A DNA stretch of 60,326 nt, filler included, from an uncultured Myxococcia bacterium (GTDB lineage Bacteria > CAZTWC01): NCBI GenBank assembly GCA_964617105.1. It is 4 parts of 4 records of this genome, joined end to end, with 100 filler letters (N's around TTAATTAATTAA, not from the genome) between each part and the next. Parts side by side here need not be neighbours in the genome. Positions count along the whole stretch, not along the records: positions 45,928 to 60,326 come from CAZTWC010000070.1; 3 more parts are not named here. One strand, given 5' to 3'. The notes under the pieces are model-generated. The model had not been told where the DNA came from, made no database searches, and saw only the letters and a list, made by a program, of their open reading frames with translations. Shown here one piece after another: positions 51,578 through 60,326 of the stretch (within the stretch, counting starts at the first letter, position 1; each line of letters starts with the position of its first letter). A program made the translations under genes and the position numbers.

Positions 51578-52117
51578 ATGGCCGGTTCAATAAACAAAGT
51601 TATTTTAATTGGAAATTTGGGTGCAGACCCTGATAGCCGTTATACTCAAGGAGGAATGGCGGTTACCAGATTAAGCGTGGCTACCGGCGAAAGGTTTAAA
51701 AACCGGGATGGCAACATGGAGGAGAAAACCGAATGGCACCGGGTGGTAACTTTTAATAAAACTGCGGAGAATTGCGCCAAGTTTTTACGCAAGGGTAGTA
51801 AAATATATATTGAGGGCCGAATCCAAACCAGAAAATACGAAGCCAAGGATGGCAGCACCCGCTATACCACCGAAGTGGTAGCCAATAATGTGACCTTTTT
51901 AGACCGGAGTGGTGCAGGACAGCAGGACAGGCCACCCCAGCAACAATACCAGCAGCAGGGTGGATATAACCAGCAAAACCAACCAGGTCGATATGGCAGA
52001 CAACAACAGTCTGAGCGCCAGGAGGAAAAACCATTCGACAACAAGTTCACTGATGATTACGATTTTCCCACTCCAGGTGGCGGTAACGATGATTTCGGAG
52101 ACGATATCCCCATGTAA
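51578..52117 (+). CDS. ssb: Single-stranded DNA-binding protein
   Basis: INKVILIGNLGADP, TEWHRVV, YIEGRIQTR and acidic tail DDIPM. Confidence 0.98.
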   Translation: MAGSINKVILIGNLGADPDSRYTQGGMAVTRLSVATGERFKNRDGNMEEKTEWHRVVTFNKTAENCAKFLRKGSKIYIEGRIQTRKYEAKDGSTRYTTEVVANNVTFLDRSGAGQQDRPPQQQYQQQGGYNQQNQPGRYGRQQQSERQEEKPFDNKFTDDYDFPTPGGGNDDFGDDIPM

Positions 52118-52126
52118 GGATCTCGG

Positions 52127-53410
52127 CTAACAAAAACTATTTTTATCTTGGGATGAAAGCAAAATCTCCACCGCCTCCAGGTTTGGTTTTATTATTGGAG
52201 GCGGCTGCAGATTCTTACGAACAGCATCAATATCTTTCAAGCCGCTGCCAGTAGCCAAAATCACTATCTTTTCTTCAGCATCAATATCCCCGGAAGCAGC
52301 CATTTTTTTCAATCCCGCCAAAGTAACGGCTCCGGCTGGCTCAGCAAAAATACCACAATTGGAGGCCATCTCTCTTTGGGCAAATAAAATATCGCGATCT
52401 TTTACTACTACGAAACTGCCGTGGCTATCTCTTACCGCTCTAAGCGCCTTGATAGCGTCTCGGGGATAACCCACCGAGATACTGTCCGCAACCGTGGGCG
52501 TTTCCACCCGCGGGACAATCTTTTCTGTGTCCTTAAAAAATGCTTCAGCAATCACATTGGAGCCCGCAGCCTGCACCCCGTATATTTTGGGCATTTGAGG
52601 TATAAATCCCAACTGTTTGAGGTCATAAAAACCCTTCTTAACCCCGCCAATTATACAGCCATCACCAACCGGCACAAAAACCCGGTCAATGCGGCCAAAT
52701 TTCATCTGTTCCGCTATCTCCAGGGCCACAGTTTTTTTCCCTTCGCTCAAATAGGGATTGTAAGCAGTATTACGGCAGTACCAGCCATATTTTTCACTCA
52801 CCTGCAGGCAAAGATCAAAGGCCTGATCGTAGGTGCCATCCACCATAATAATATTGGCGCCAAAGACTTGTAGTTGCGCCACCTTGGCTATTGGCGCCGA
52901 TTTGGGGATAAAAATTACGGTAGAAATTCCAGCCGCAGCAGCCAACCCGGCCAGAGAAGAGGCGGCATTACCAGTGCTAGCAGCGGTGATCATATTCTGT
53001 CCCTGGTCCAATGCCAGGGCTATGGCTATGGCTGAGGCACGATCTTTCAAAGAACCGGTGGGGTTGCGGGTATCATCTTTAATATAAAGATTTTTCAAGC
53101 CGATGCTCTCTCCCATTCTTTTTGCCCGGTAAAGCGGGGTCCAGCCGATTTGCATATCCAGAGAGGCAGGCTTGTTCTCCACCGGCAAAACAAACAGATA
53201 GCGCCATAGGCTCATCTCTTTACTTTGCGCTAAAAATTGCTTGGGTTTAATAGCACCAATAAATGGATAGTGGTAGATCACGTCCAGGATACCAATATAA
53301 CCACACTTAGAGCAGGTATATTTCACCTCCTGACGATTAAATACGGCGCCGCACTTTACACATTTGAGACCGGCAATTTTTTCATGGTTTTTCAGCATGA
53401 ATTTAGCCAT
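52127..53410 (-). CDS. thrC: Threonine synthase (or close PLP fold-II paralog) with N-terminal Zn ribbon
   Basis: CVKC..CSKC, GWTPL, NPTGSLKDR, ASTGNAASS, EGKKT, VPVGDG and FAEPA. Confidence 0.8.
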   Translation of the reverse strand: MAKFMLKNHEKIAGLKCVKCGAVFNRQEVKYTCSKCGYIGILDVIYHYPFIGAIKPKQFLAQSKEMSLWRYLFVLPVENKPASLDMQIGWTPLYRAKRMGESIGLKNLYIKDDTRNPTGSLKDRASAIAIALALDQGQNMITAASTGNAASSLAGLAAAAGISTVIFIPKSAPIAKVAQLQVFGANIIMVDGTYDQAFDLCLQVSEKYGWYCRNTAYNPYLSEGKKTVALEIAEQMKFGRIDRVFVPVGDGCIIGGVKKGFYDLKQLGFIPQMPKIYGVQAAGSNVIAEAFFKDTEKIVPRVETPTVADSISVGYPRDAIKALRAVRDSHGSFVVVKDRDILFAQREMASNCGIFAEPAGAVTLAGLKKMAASGDIDAEEKIVILATGSGLKDIDAVRKNLQPPPIIKPNLEAVEILLSSQDKNSFC

Positions 53411-53486
53411 CAGTATCTCCTGTAGTCGTTAAATTGTCATCCGGAAACCGTTCTCTGGTAAAACAAAGTGGATTCTCAGACGGACA

Positions 53487-56243
53487 CTAAGTAAAATCTC
53501 CTATGGTCTGGTTTATCAACCGGCGGACTACCTTTACCACCCTCTCCATAAAGGAATAGTTACGAAAGGTGTGAGCCATCAGGTACATAGGAATACGATT
53601 AATGATATAGTCACGCAGGCAGAGGTTGTATCCCCGGTCCCACAACTTTTTATCCAGTTTTATCCCACTGCTTTTCTCCAGAGCCTTTCGGTGCACCTCA
53701 GAATAATGCAAAATCTCATCTTCTTTCACTTCCGGCAGGAGCACAAAAGAGAGCAGTTCTACCAGGTCGCGCTGGGGCAAATGCAAGGTGGCCAATTCCC
53801 AGTCGTAGGCACACAGCCGCCAGTCCCCGTCCGGCAAAGGCCGCAAAGCGATATTCCTGGGGTTAAAATCGTTGTGCACCAGGGTACGGGGCATTTTTTC
53901 GATCTCTTGCCACCAGATTTCAACACTTTTAATTTGATTTATAATAGCAGACTTCTCCCCCTGGGTGATAATCTCGGGAAACTCTTCGGAGGCATGAAAA
54001 ATCAGCGACTCCCATAAATCTTTCATCCTGCCCATCAAATTCGCCGTGGGATATTGACCCAGCCAAGACTGTGACTTCAACTCTTCCTCTCGTCCCAACC
54101 AGATAGCATGGATCTCGGCAATGCCTTTCAAGGCGGCCTCTATATGCTGCTTCTGCCAGACTCCCGGGCTATTGGCAGTGTTGAGCAACTCCATATTCTC
54201 CAATTTTTCCATAACCACCACATAGGCTTCACGCTCGTGGTTGCTATAGCAATGGTAAATTTTAGGAACATGGCGGATAAAACGCGGATCCTTTTGGCTG
54301 TATACTGCCAACTCCCGGAGGTGGCAATTTTTAAAACCGGTCAAATCCTTATACCTGGCATGGGATGATGCCAACCGGCCACCACACATAGTTGCCATAC
54401 TGTTTATCATCAGGATCACTTCATCATCCAGTGGTTTTACTTTAACCAGCACATCGGTATGTGACTTCTCCTGCAAATTAAGGTGGTTGATCCGCAGAGG
54501 ATACAGTCCTACCAGTTTTCGCACCTTTCTGGCGGTCAACTGGGTTATGATGGAACTGCCCATCTCAAAATCTAGTGGTTCAATCGCAACCACCTCAAGA
54601 GAATCGTTATTAAAAAAGCGACGCAGAGGTTCCTGGAAAAAAGTTTTGTTCAAGTCATCCTTGCCAAACCATTTTACTGGCCGGTTTCGACCCAGACGGT
54701 CGTGAGCTGTGGCGAACTGACCGCTGGCAATGGCCGCCAGGGTAGAGATATCCAGAGCCAGGCAAAAACCGGCGATAATCTCGGCCAGGCGAAAAACCTT
54801 TCTAGCCGATGTACAGCCAATGATATCCAGGGCGTCCTGCTGCACCGGCAGATGAGTTCCGCCGCCAACAGTACCAATAATCAGGCTGGGAAGCATCAAA
54901 CTGGCGTACAAACCCTTTTCTGATGCCTGCAGGTTCAATTGACCCAAACTAGACTCATGGATACTGGCGATATCTTGACCGGTGGCAGTATATATGGCGG
55001 CAATAACGTTGGCGATATTGATGTTGTAACCGATCATACCAGCCTGGATACTGCCCATTAAAAATCCCTGGTTGCACAGTTCTATGTGCTGGGGTGAAAT
55101 TTTCAGCACCTGTTCCAAAATCTCCCGCTTAATAAAACATTCCGCTGTTACCCGGATGCCACGGCCAGACATAAAAGAGAGGTAATTTACTTTTTTATCT
55201 CCACTCAAATTGGCTTCGATAAAAAAATTATCCACTACAATATCGGCAAAGTGCTGCATCTGCTCCATTATCCACTGGCAGGCTTTCCAGGTGCAAACCG
55301 TAGTCATGTTCTGGCCGGCAGCATCACCGGTTTCATATAAAAAACGGACATGCACCATGTTGCCGATCTGAAAAGGTTCGACCTGGGTCAAATGGGCGTG
55401 ACAGGAAACCAAACCGATTTGAGCGCTGATCTCCTCCTGGTGATCGCGTATCCATTTGGTAAAAAGAAAAGCACCGTTCATATCGGTGAGAATAAACATG
55501 GGAACCCGCAGCATTTGTTGGCGGATAACCCGGGTAGTTACGCCGCCGGAACGGGAGATAGCAGTGGCTCCGCGAGTGGCAGAGGCCACCAACGCCCCCT
55601 CGGTGGTTGCAAAGGGAGCATAAATAAACTCTTTAACAGCCTGGCCCTTGAACCAAAGCGGGCCCGCCAATCCTACCGGTATCTCCACTGAGCCAATCAT
55701 GTTTTCAATATTACCGGTTAATTTTTCAATAGATAGAGAAGTGGACTCAAAAGTTTTCAAGTCATTGCCGGTGGTCTGGCGGATAAACTCCAACCTTTTC
55801 AGGCGAGCCTCCTCAGTGTAATGCCCCCGGGCCGGTACTCGCGGTATTTTATCGGGAGGGTCCTTCTGCACCATGGATTTCGGCTTATCCTCGGCAGACA
55901 CCTCTTGCAGCAATTGCCAGAGGGTAGCCCTGGTTTCACCATCAACCGCCTCCATCCCCAACACGGTGCAGTTTCCCTTTTCCATCGCCTGTTTGTGGAT
56001 AATCACCACCTTGGTGAGTCGCTTGTGATAAAAAAAGGTGCCCAAAAAGAAGTTCTCTAAGGTTTCGCCAATCTCGGGAAGATCTTTGGGGGCCAGGTCG
56101 GTAACCGCCAACCGCAATCCGGTTTCGGAAACATCCTGCACCTCACAGACCAATGGTGCCTGGTTAACCATCAACACGGCAAACAGGTCGCTTAACCGGG
56201 ATGGCACCAATCTCCTTTTTACCCGTTTTTCACGAACAGACAT
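53487..56243 (-). CDS. Tripartite fusion: PilZ-like + class I HMG-CoA reductase-like + APH/choline-kinase-like phosphotransferase
   Basis: PilZ: RVKRR...DVSETG. HMGR: ENMIGSVEIPVGLAGP, ATTEGALVAS, TGDAAGQNM, SGDKK, TGQD, GTVGGGT, H. Kinase: VKVK, HNDFNPRN, YDWE. Confidence 0.85.
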   Translation of the reverse strand: MSVREKRVKRRLVPSRLSDLFAVLMVNQAPLVCEVQDVSETGLRLAVTDLAPKDLPEIGETLENFFLGTFFYHKRLTKVVIIHKQAMEKGNCTVLGMEAVDGETRATLWQLLQEVSAEDKPKSMVQKDPPDKIPRVPARGHYTEEARLKRLEFIRQTTGNDLKTFESTSLSIEKLTGNIENMIGSVEIPVGLAGPLWFKGQAVKEFIYAPFATTEGALVASATRGATAISRSGGVTTRVIRQQMLRVPMFILTDMNGAFLFTKWIRDHQEEISAQIGLVSCHAHLTQVEPFQIGNMVHVRFLYETGDAAGQNMTTVCTWKACQWIMEQMQHFADIVVDNFFIEANLSGDKKVNYLSFMSGRGIRVTAECFIKREILEQVLKISPQHIELCNQGFLMGSIQAGMIGYNINIANVIAAIYTATGQDIASIHESSLGQLNLQASEKGLYASLMLPSLIIGTVGGGTHLPVQQDALDIIGCTSARKVFRLAEIIAGFCLALDISTLAAIASGQFATAHDRLGRNRPVKWFGKDDLNKTFFQEPLRRFFNNDSLEVVAIEPLDFEMGSSIITQLTARKVRKLVGLYPLRINHLNLQEKSHTDVLVKVKPLDDEVILMINSMATMCGGRLASSHARYKDLTGFKNCHLRELAVYSQKDPRFIRHVPKIYHCYSNHEREAYVVVMEKLENMELLNTANSPGVWQKQHIEAALKGIAEIHAIWLGREEELKSQSWLGQYPTANLMGRMKDLWESLIFHASEEFPEIITQGEKSAIINQIKSVEIWWQEIEKMPRTLVHNDFNPRNIALRPLPDGDWRLCAYDWELATLHLPQRDLVELLSFVLLPEVKEDEILHYSEVHRKALEKSSGIKLDKKLWDRGYNLCLRDYIINRIPMYLMAHTFRNYSFMERVVKVVRRLINQTIGDFT

Positions 56244-56268
56244 CTGTTTTCATCCTTTCTTAAAGATG

Positions 56269-58563
56269 TTAATTCCCAGATGGACTCTTTGGCGCAAATA
56301 CTTTTAACAGCAATGGTAACATTACCAGATCGCCGTAAATAGCGGCCAAAGCCGCCACCGTGGTCAATAGGCCGAAATAAAAAACTGTGGCCACATCGGC
56401 TAACATCAGCACCGGATAACCAATCACCAGCAACAAAGTGGTCATTATTGCTGCCGTTCCGGCCCGTTTAAAAGTCCTTTTCAGACAGGCTTCCCAACTC
56501 AAACCATCCTTTTCCGCCTGTTGCCAGTAATGGAGAAAATGGATAGTATCATCAATGGAAATACCCAATACTATGGCTCCCACTGTGGCAGTTCCAATAT
56601 CCAGGTCGATTCCCAGAATTCCCATTGCTCCCAGCATAAAAAGCACCGGAAAACAATTGGGCACAATGGAGATCAAGGCCAATCGCAATGAGCGCAGCCA
56701 GGTTAACATAAGCACAAAGATTATAGCCAGGGCCAGAAAAAAACTGCGAACCTGAGAGGTAGTCACATAGTCGATAATCGAAACATACAGGGGCGGATAT
56801 CCGCTGATCACTAATTTTCCCGCCTTTCCCATGGTCTCTTTTGCCAGATTTTCCAACTGCTTAAAGAGCCCCGCCATGGTTTTGGCGCTAATCATTTTGC
56901 CCAGCAGAGTTATCCGCCCTAAGTTTCCATCCTGGGTTATCACCGGGGCCAGGAAATTCTCCTGGAATTTTTTTCCCTTGCGATTCCACTCCAGAGGTTC
57001 TGATTCTAAAAGCAATTTCAACTGGGCCACCAGAGGCGCAGAGATTACCTGGTCTGGTTTCAACTCTGCACCCATCACCTGGGCCATACGGCGATAGATG
57101 GAATAGAGACCAAAACCATCACTAACCAGAGGCATTTCTTTGGCTCGATCCACAAACTTCTGGGTAGCGGCCAATATTTCCGGGCTATCCGCTTTCAACC
57201 CCCTGGCGGGCACAACCGTAAATTCCAAAGGGCTATAATAACCCCACCCCTTCTCTATGGTCAAATGGTCTTTTACCACCTGATGATCATCGGGAAAATA
57301 CCCCAAAGTATAGGTGTCGGTTTTAACCTGAAAGGCAAATATCAAAGCCACCAGCACCAACAACACTGAGAGCCCCGCCAACTGACCGGGCTTTTCTCTT
57401 AGCCAAGAATCCACCTTGTTCAAAATTTTACTGGCCAGCAGCAATCGCGGTTGAGTGCTATTTTCCTTTAGTTTGTAAAAAACCAGGGTCATAAAAATCA
57501 TGCTGGCGACAAAGGCTATACCCACTCCCAGAGCCGCATAAATCCCCAAATGCTGGATCACTGCCATGGGTGAAGATACCAAAGCCATAAATCCGCAAAT
57601 AGTGGTGATGGTGGTAAACAGACAAGGGAGAAAAACCCGTTTTACCGTGGCATAGACAATCTCACCTCGGCTACTCTCCTGGTTTTTACTTAGTTCCTGA
57701 AAAAATATAGCCGGAAAATGGATGGCGTCCGCTATGCCCAGCACTATTATTAAAGTTGGCAAAACAATGGTAACCATATTTATTTGATGGTCCAACAGGC
57801 CATAAACTCCCAGAGCCCCCAGGGTGCCGGTCAAAATAACCCCCAGAATGGCGGCCACTAAAAGCAGGCTTTTAAAAAACCACCACACCGCCACAAACAT
57901 TACCAGATAAGTTATCCCTACAAACAGGCCAAAATCATGCTGAGTAATGATGTTCAGCCCCGAATAGATTACCCCGATACCGCCCATGGGATGTTCGGTT
58001 TCTCCCATCACCTGGCCGGTGATCTGGCGAACCTGCCCTACAATGGCGTCTCGCCGCAGGTCTATATCCGCCATGGTCTCCATCTGTGCCCAAAGCATGG
58101 CCCGAGTCCCATCCTTACTGATAAAGCGGCCAATCATCAGCGGATTGGCAACCAAGCGTTTCTTGAGAGCCGCCAGTTCATATTGGGCAGAGGGCAGCGG
58201 CCTGGGCACAGCGTAATCAAACTTGAGCCCTTTTCCGGTTTCATAAAAATCCCGGGCTGATAACAGAGAATGAACCGAATCCACTCCCTCGACATTTTCC
58301 AACTCTTTACTCAGTTGCTCAATTTTTTGCAACAAAGATGCATTGAAAATTCCCTGGGGGTGATATATCTGGATAAGAATCACCTCATCGTTGCCAAAAT
58401 GTTTCTGAAAACGGTTGTAGTTCTGTAGTTGAGGGTCGGTTTTCAAAAACCACACGGTGAGAGCGTTATCGGGCCTAACTGCGGTTTTCAAGCCCGGCAT
58501 AACCGCCAGGATGGCCACCACAAACAGGGCAAAGGCCAGCCAGCGCCAAGACAGCAGTCTCAT
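56269..58563 (-). CDS. MMPL/RND-family transporter
   Basis: Two repeats of a periplasmic loop plus TM bundle; GIADAIH and GISIDDTIH motifs. The start overlaps the upstream stop (TAATG). Confidence 0.92.
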   Translation of the reverse strand: MRLLSWRWLAFALFVVAILAVMPGLKTAVRPDNALTVWFLKTDPQLQNYNRFQKHFGNDEVILIQIYHPQGIFNASLLQKIEQLSKELENVEGVDSVHSLLSARDFYETGKGLKFDYAVPRPLPSAQYELAALKKRLVANPLMIGRFISKDGTRAMLWAQMETMADIDLRRDAIVGQVRQITGQVMGETEHPMGGIGVIYSGLNIITQHDFGLFVGITYLVMFVAVWWFFKSLLLVAAILGVILTGTLGALGVYGLLDHQINMVTIVLPTLIIVLGIADAIHFPAIFFQELSKNQESSRGEIVYATVKRVFLPCLFTTITTICGFMALVSSPMAVIQHLGIYAALGVGIAFVASMIFMTLVFYKLKENSTQPRLLLASKILNKVDSWLREKPGQLAGLSVLLVLVALIFAFQVKTDTYTLGYFPDDHQVVKDHLTIEKGWGYYSPLEFTVVPARGLKADSPEILAATQKFVDRAKEMPLVSDGFGLYSIYRRMAQVMGAELKPDQVISAPLVAQLKLLLESEPLEWNRKGKKFQENFLAPVITQDGNLGRITLLGKMISAKTMAGLFKQLENLAKETMGKAGKLVISGYPPLYVSIIDYVTTSQVRSFFLALAIIFVLMLTWLRSLRLALISIVPNCFPVLFMLGAMGILGIDLDIGTATVGAIVLGISIDDTIHFLHYWQQAEKDGLSWEACLKRTFKRAGTAAIMTTLLLVIGYPVLMLADVATVFYFGLLTTVAALAAIYGDLVMLPLLLKVFAPKSPSGN

Positions 58564-59681
58564 TAGACCACCTCGTAAACATGAAAAGATTGATAAAACC
58601 AACTACGGTCCTCTGTCCACAACTGCCGGGCAATCTGATCCAAAGAGCGTAGTTGTTGAGCCAGGCTCTCCGACCTGCCCCGTGGAACTAAAAGACTCCA
58701 ATAGGCAATGCGTCCCTGGCCTTGAAACCGATCAGCCATCTCCGCCAACAGGAGATCCGCTGCCTCCTGGGTCATATACTCAAAAATATCGGAAAAATTG
58801 GCTTTGGAAAAGGTGCCGGGCGCCTCCTCCCTGAGCACACTCTCCACCTGGCCGGTAACCACCGCTATCCGGGGTAAAAGTTGTTTCAACTTGTAAAAAT
58901 TGGCTTTTTGCAAATAGAGCGGGCCTTGCTCCAGGTTGAAAAACCGGGACGTCAGAAAAAACTGCAAATAAAAATTAGTGTTAAGGGGAAGTTTGGTGCA
59001 AGCGTATCTAAAACGGGAGAAAAAGTAATCTCCAACCTCATCTAATTTAACATACTTGAACTGGGCCGGGTCCCGCCCGGTTTTGGCCATCATCTCCCTG
59101 CCAAAATACCATTTGAATTTCTCTTGAAAAGTTTTGGTGGCAAATTTTTCCTTAAAAAAGGCTTCCTGCTCCAAGAGAGTTGGCCGGGTAAAAAGTTGCT
59201 CCACCACTTCCGGCGGGTGGATTTTAGCCAGGTGTTGTTTCTGAAAATCGATAAAATAACGCTCTAATTTGCCGCACAAAAGCAAACCATGAGAAATATC
59301 CTGCTGGTGCCGGTCCCAGTAATCAATTGCTCCTGGAGGGAGATCTTGCCTAATCTTTTCATAGTAGTAGAGACGATCTGCCCCCTGGTTCACCCCCATC
59401 AGACAGGTAAACTCCTGATAATCGAGACTTTTGATGCCCGCCAGTTTCAAATTTAGCAAAGCGCTCTGGCAGGGATTGATATCAATCGCCACCACCTGCC
59501 TGGGCTCCTGCAGCAGCAAGGCCAATGCGTTGTCACCTGCACTGATTATAGAGAGCACCCGGTCATCAGAGTTTATCTCCAGGGCTTTTTGCAGCAGCAA
59601 ATGATCCTCCCACACCATGGAGTAACGCACCTGGTCCCAGGAAATATCTTCAAGCACATCTTTTTTAGTATCATGAGCCAT
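58563..59681 (-). CDS. DUF3419 / BtaA-like SAM-dependent 3-amino-3-carboxypropyltransferase family protein
   Basis: RYSMVWED, VLSIISAGDNALALL, AIDINPCQ, GKLERYF, SDIFEYM, GRIAYW and DRSWFY. Confidence 0.85.
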   Translation of the reverse strand: MAHDTKKDVLEDISWDQVRYSMVWEDHLLLQKALEINSDDRVLSIISAGDNALALLLQEPRQVVAIDINPCQSALLNLKLAGIKSLDYQEFTCLMGVNQGADRLYYYEKIRQDLPPGAIDYWDRHQQDISHGLLLCGKLERYFIDFQKQHLAKIHPPEVVEQLFTRPTLLEQEAFFKEKFATKTFQEKFKWYFGREMMAKTGRDPAQFKYVKLDEVGDYFFSRFRYACTKLPLNTNFYLQFFLTSRFFNLEQGPLYLQKANFYKLKQLLPRIAVVTGQVESVLREEAPGTFSKANFSDIFEYMTQEAADLLLAEMADRFQGQGRIAYWSLLVPRGRSESLAQQLRSLDQIARQLWTEDRSWFYQSFHVYEVV

Positions 59682-59813
59682 TTTTTAATCTTATCCTTCT
59701 GAAAAGTTAAGATCCCGGCAGGGGATATCGGAAGGATTTATTGTATCACATTACACCTTATGCTACAATAATTCTGAGCGTCAAAACTCTCCAATTTTCG
59801 GACAGAAACTACC

Positions 59814-60326
59814 ATGGCTGATTCAGACAATTTCGCTTCTATAATCTTGGCACAGGCCCGCGCTCATGCACAGCGTAAGGCTCTGGTGATCCCCAAAAAA
59901 TGGGAGCAGGGAAAAGTAGTGGAGGAGGAAAATATAACCTTCGGCCAGTTTGTGGACCGGGTGGAATCCCTTGCCCGCGGGTTGAAAGAGAAAGGCTTTT
60001 TACCCGACCAACGGGCGGTAGTGCTCTTTCCCCTGTCTATAGACCTCTATGCCCTGACCATGGCTCTATTGTTAAATGGCATGGCCCTGGTGCTCATCGA
60101 TACCGGCATGGGACATAAAAAACTTTTAAAATGTATCAATTTTGCCAAACCAGACCTGATGGTCAGTATCCATGCCCTACTGAAATTCTGGCCTATATTG
60201 CCCGCTCTCTGGCCAATCAAAGGCAAGTACGCGGTAGATAAAAAATTCTTTGGCATCCAACCATTTTCTAAACTTTACCAAAAATCTGGCCAAAAAGTGG
60301 AAATCCTCTCCCGCCATCCAGATGAT
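59814..60326 (+). CDS. AMP-binding (acyl-CoA ligase / OleC-like) enzyme, N-terminal part (runs off window)
   Basis: Manual translation MADSDNFASII...ITFGQFVDRVESLARGLKEKGF...LYALTMALLLNGMALVLIDTGMG; no stop before the window end, so absent from the ORF track. Confidence 0.8.
   Translation, partial: MADSDNFASIILAQARAHAQRKALVIPKKWEQGKVVEEENITFGQFVDRVESLARGLKEKGFLPDQRAVVLFPLSIDLYALTMALLLNGMALVLIDTGMGHKKLLKCINFAKPDLMVSIHALLKFWPILPALWPIKGKYAVDKKFFGIQPFSKLYQKSGQKVEILSRHPDD

Overview
This is bacterial DNA using standard code 11. The gene content looks deltaproteobacterial (Myxococcota/Bdellovibrionota-like), and the window appears to come from a draft or metagenome-assembled genome. It is four separate contigs joined by three artificial 100-nt N/TTAATTAATTAA/N linkers (15369-15468, 30711-30810, 45828-45927), so adjacency across linkers has no biological meaning. 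Contig 1: 3' part of rpoC, M18 aminopeptidase, rimO-lolA, tRNA-Cys, HAD phosphatase, lepA, a UbiA prenyltransferase with two downstream genes, a small unannotated membrane ORF with an in-frame TGA (candidate selenoprotein), and the end of a fliD-fliS flagellar operon. Contig 2: a >2500-aa Ig-repeat lipoprotein, an orphan PqqD/RRE gene, an unannotated 42-aa basic ORF, thiSGEC, and ffh-rpsP-khpA-rimM-trmD-rplS. Contig 3: FAD oxidoreductase, macrodomain protein, a 1251-aa Cys-rich repeat lipoprotein, RNase J, a ClpA/C-like ATPase, DUF362, rsmE, RDD, a frameshifted HEAT-repeat gene and a TIGR04552-like fragment. Contig 4: TPR fragment, dapL, a DUF4258/YgiT pair, FAD/Fe-S oxidoreductase, ssb and thrC. 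It ends with the most striking locus: a DUF3419(BtaA-like)-MMPL-[PilZ/HMG-CoA-reductase/kinase fusion] operon divergent from an OleC-like adenylating enzyme, a candidate uncharacterised lipid or isoprenoid-like pathway. Two families of short MITE/REP-like repeats sit at gene 3' ends. All family assignments come from motif recognition by eye; no searches were run.
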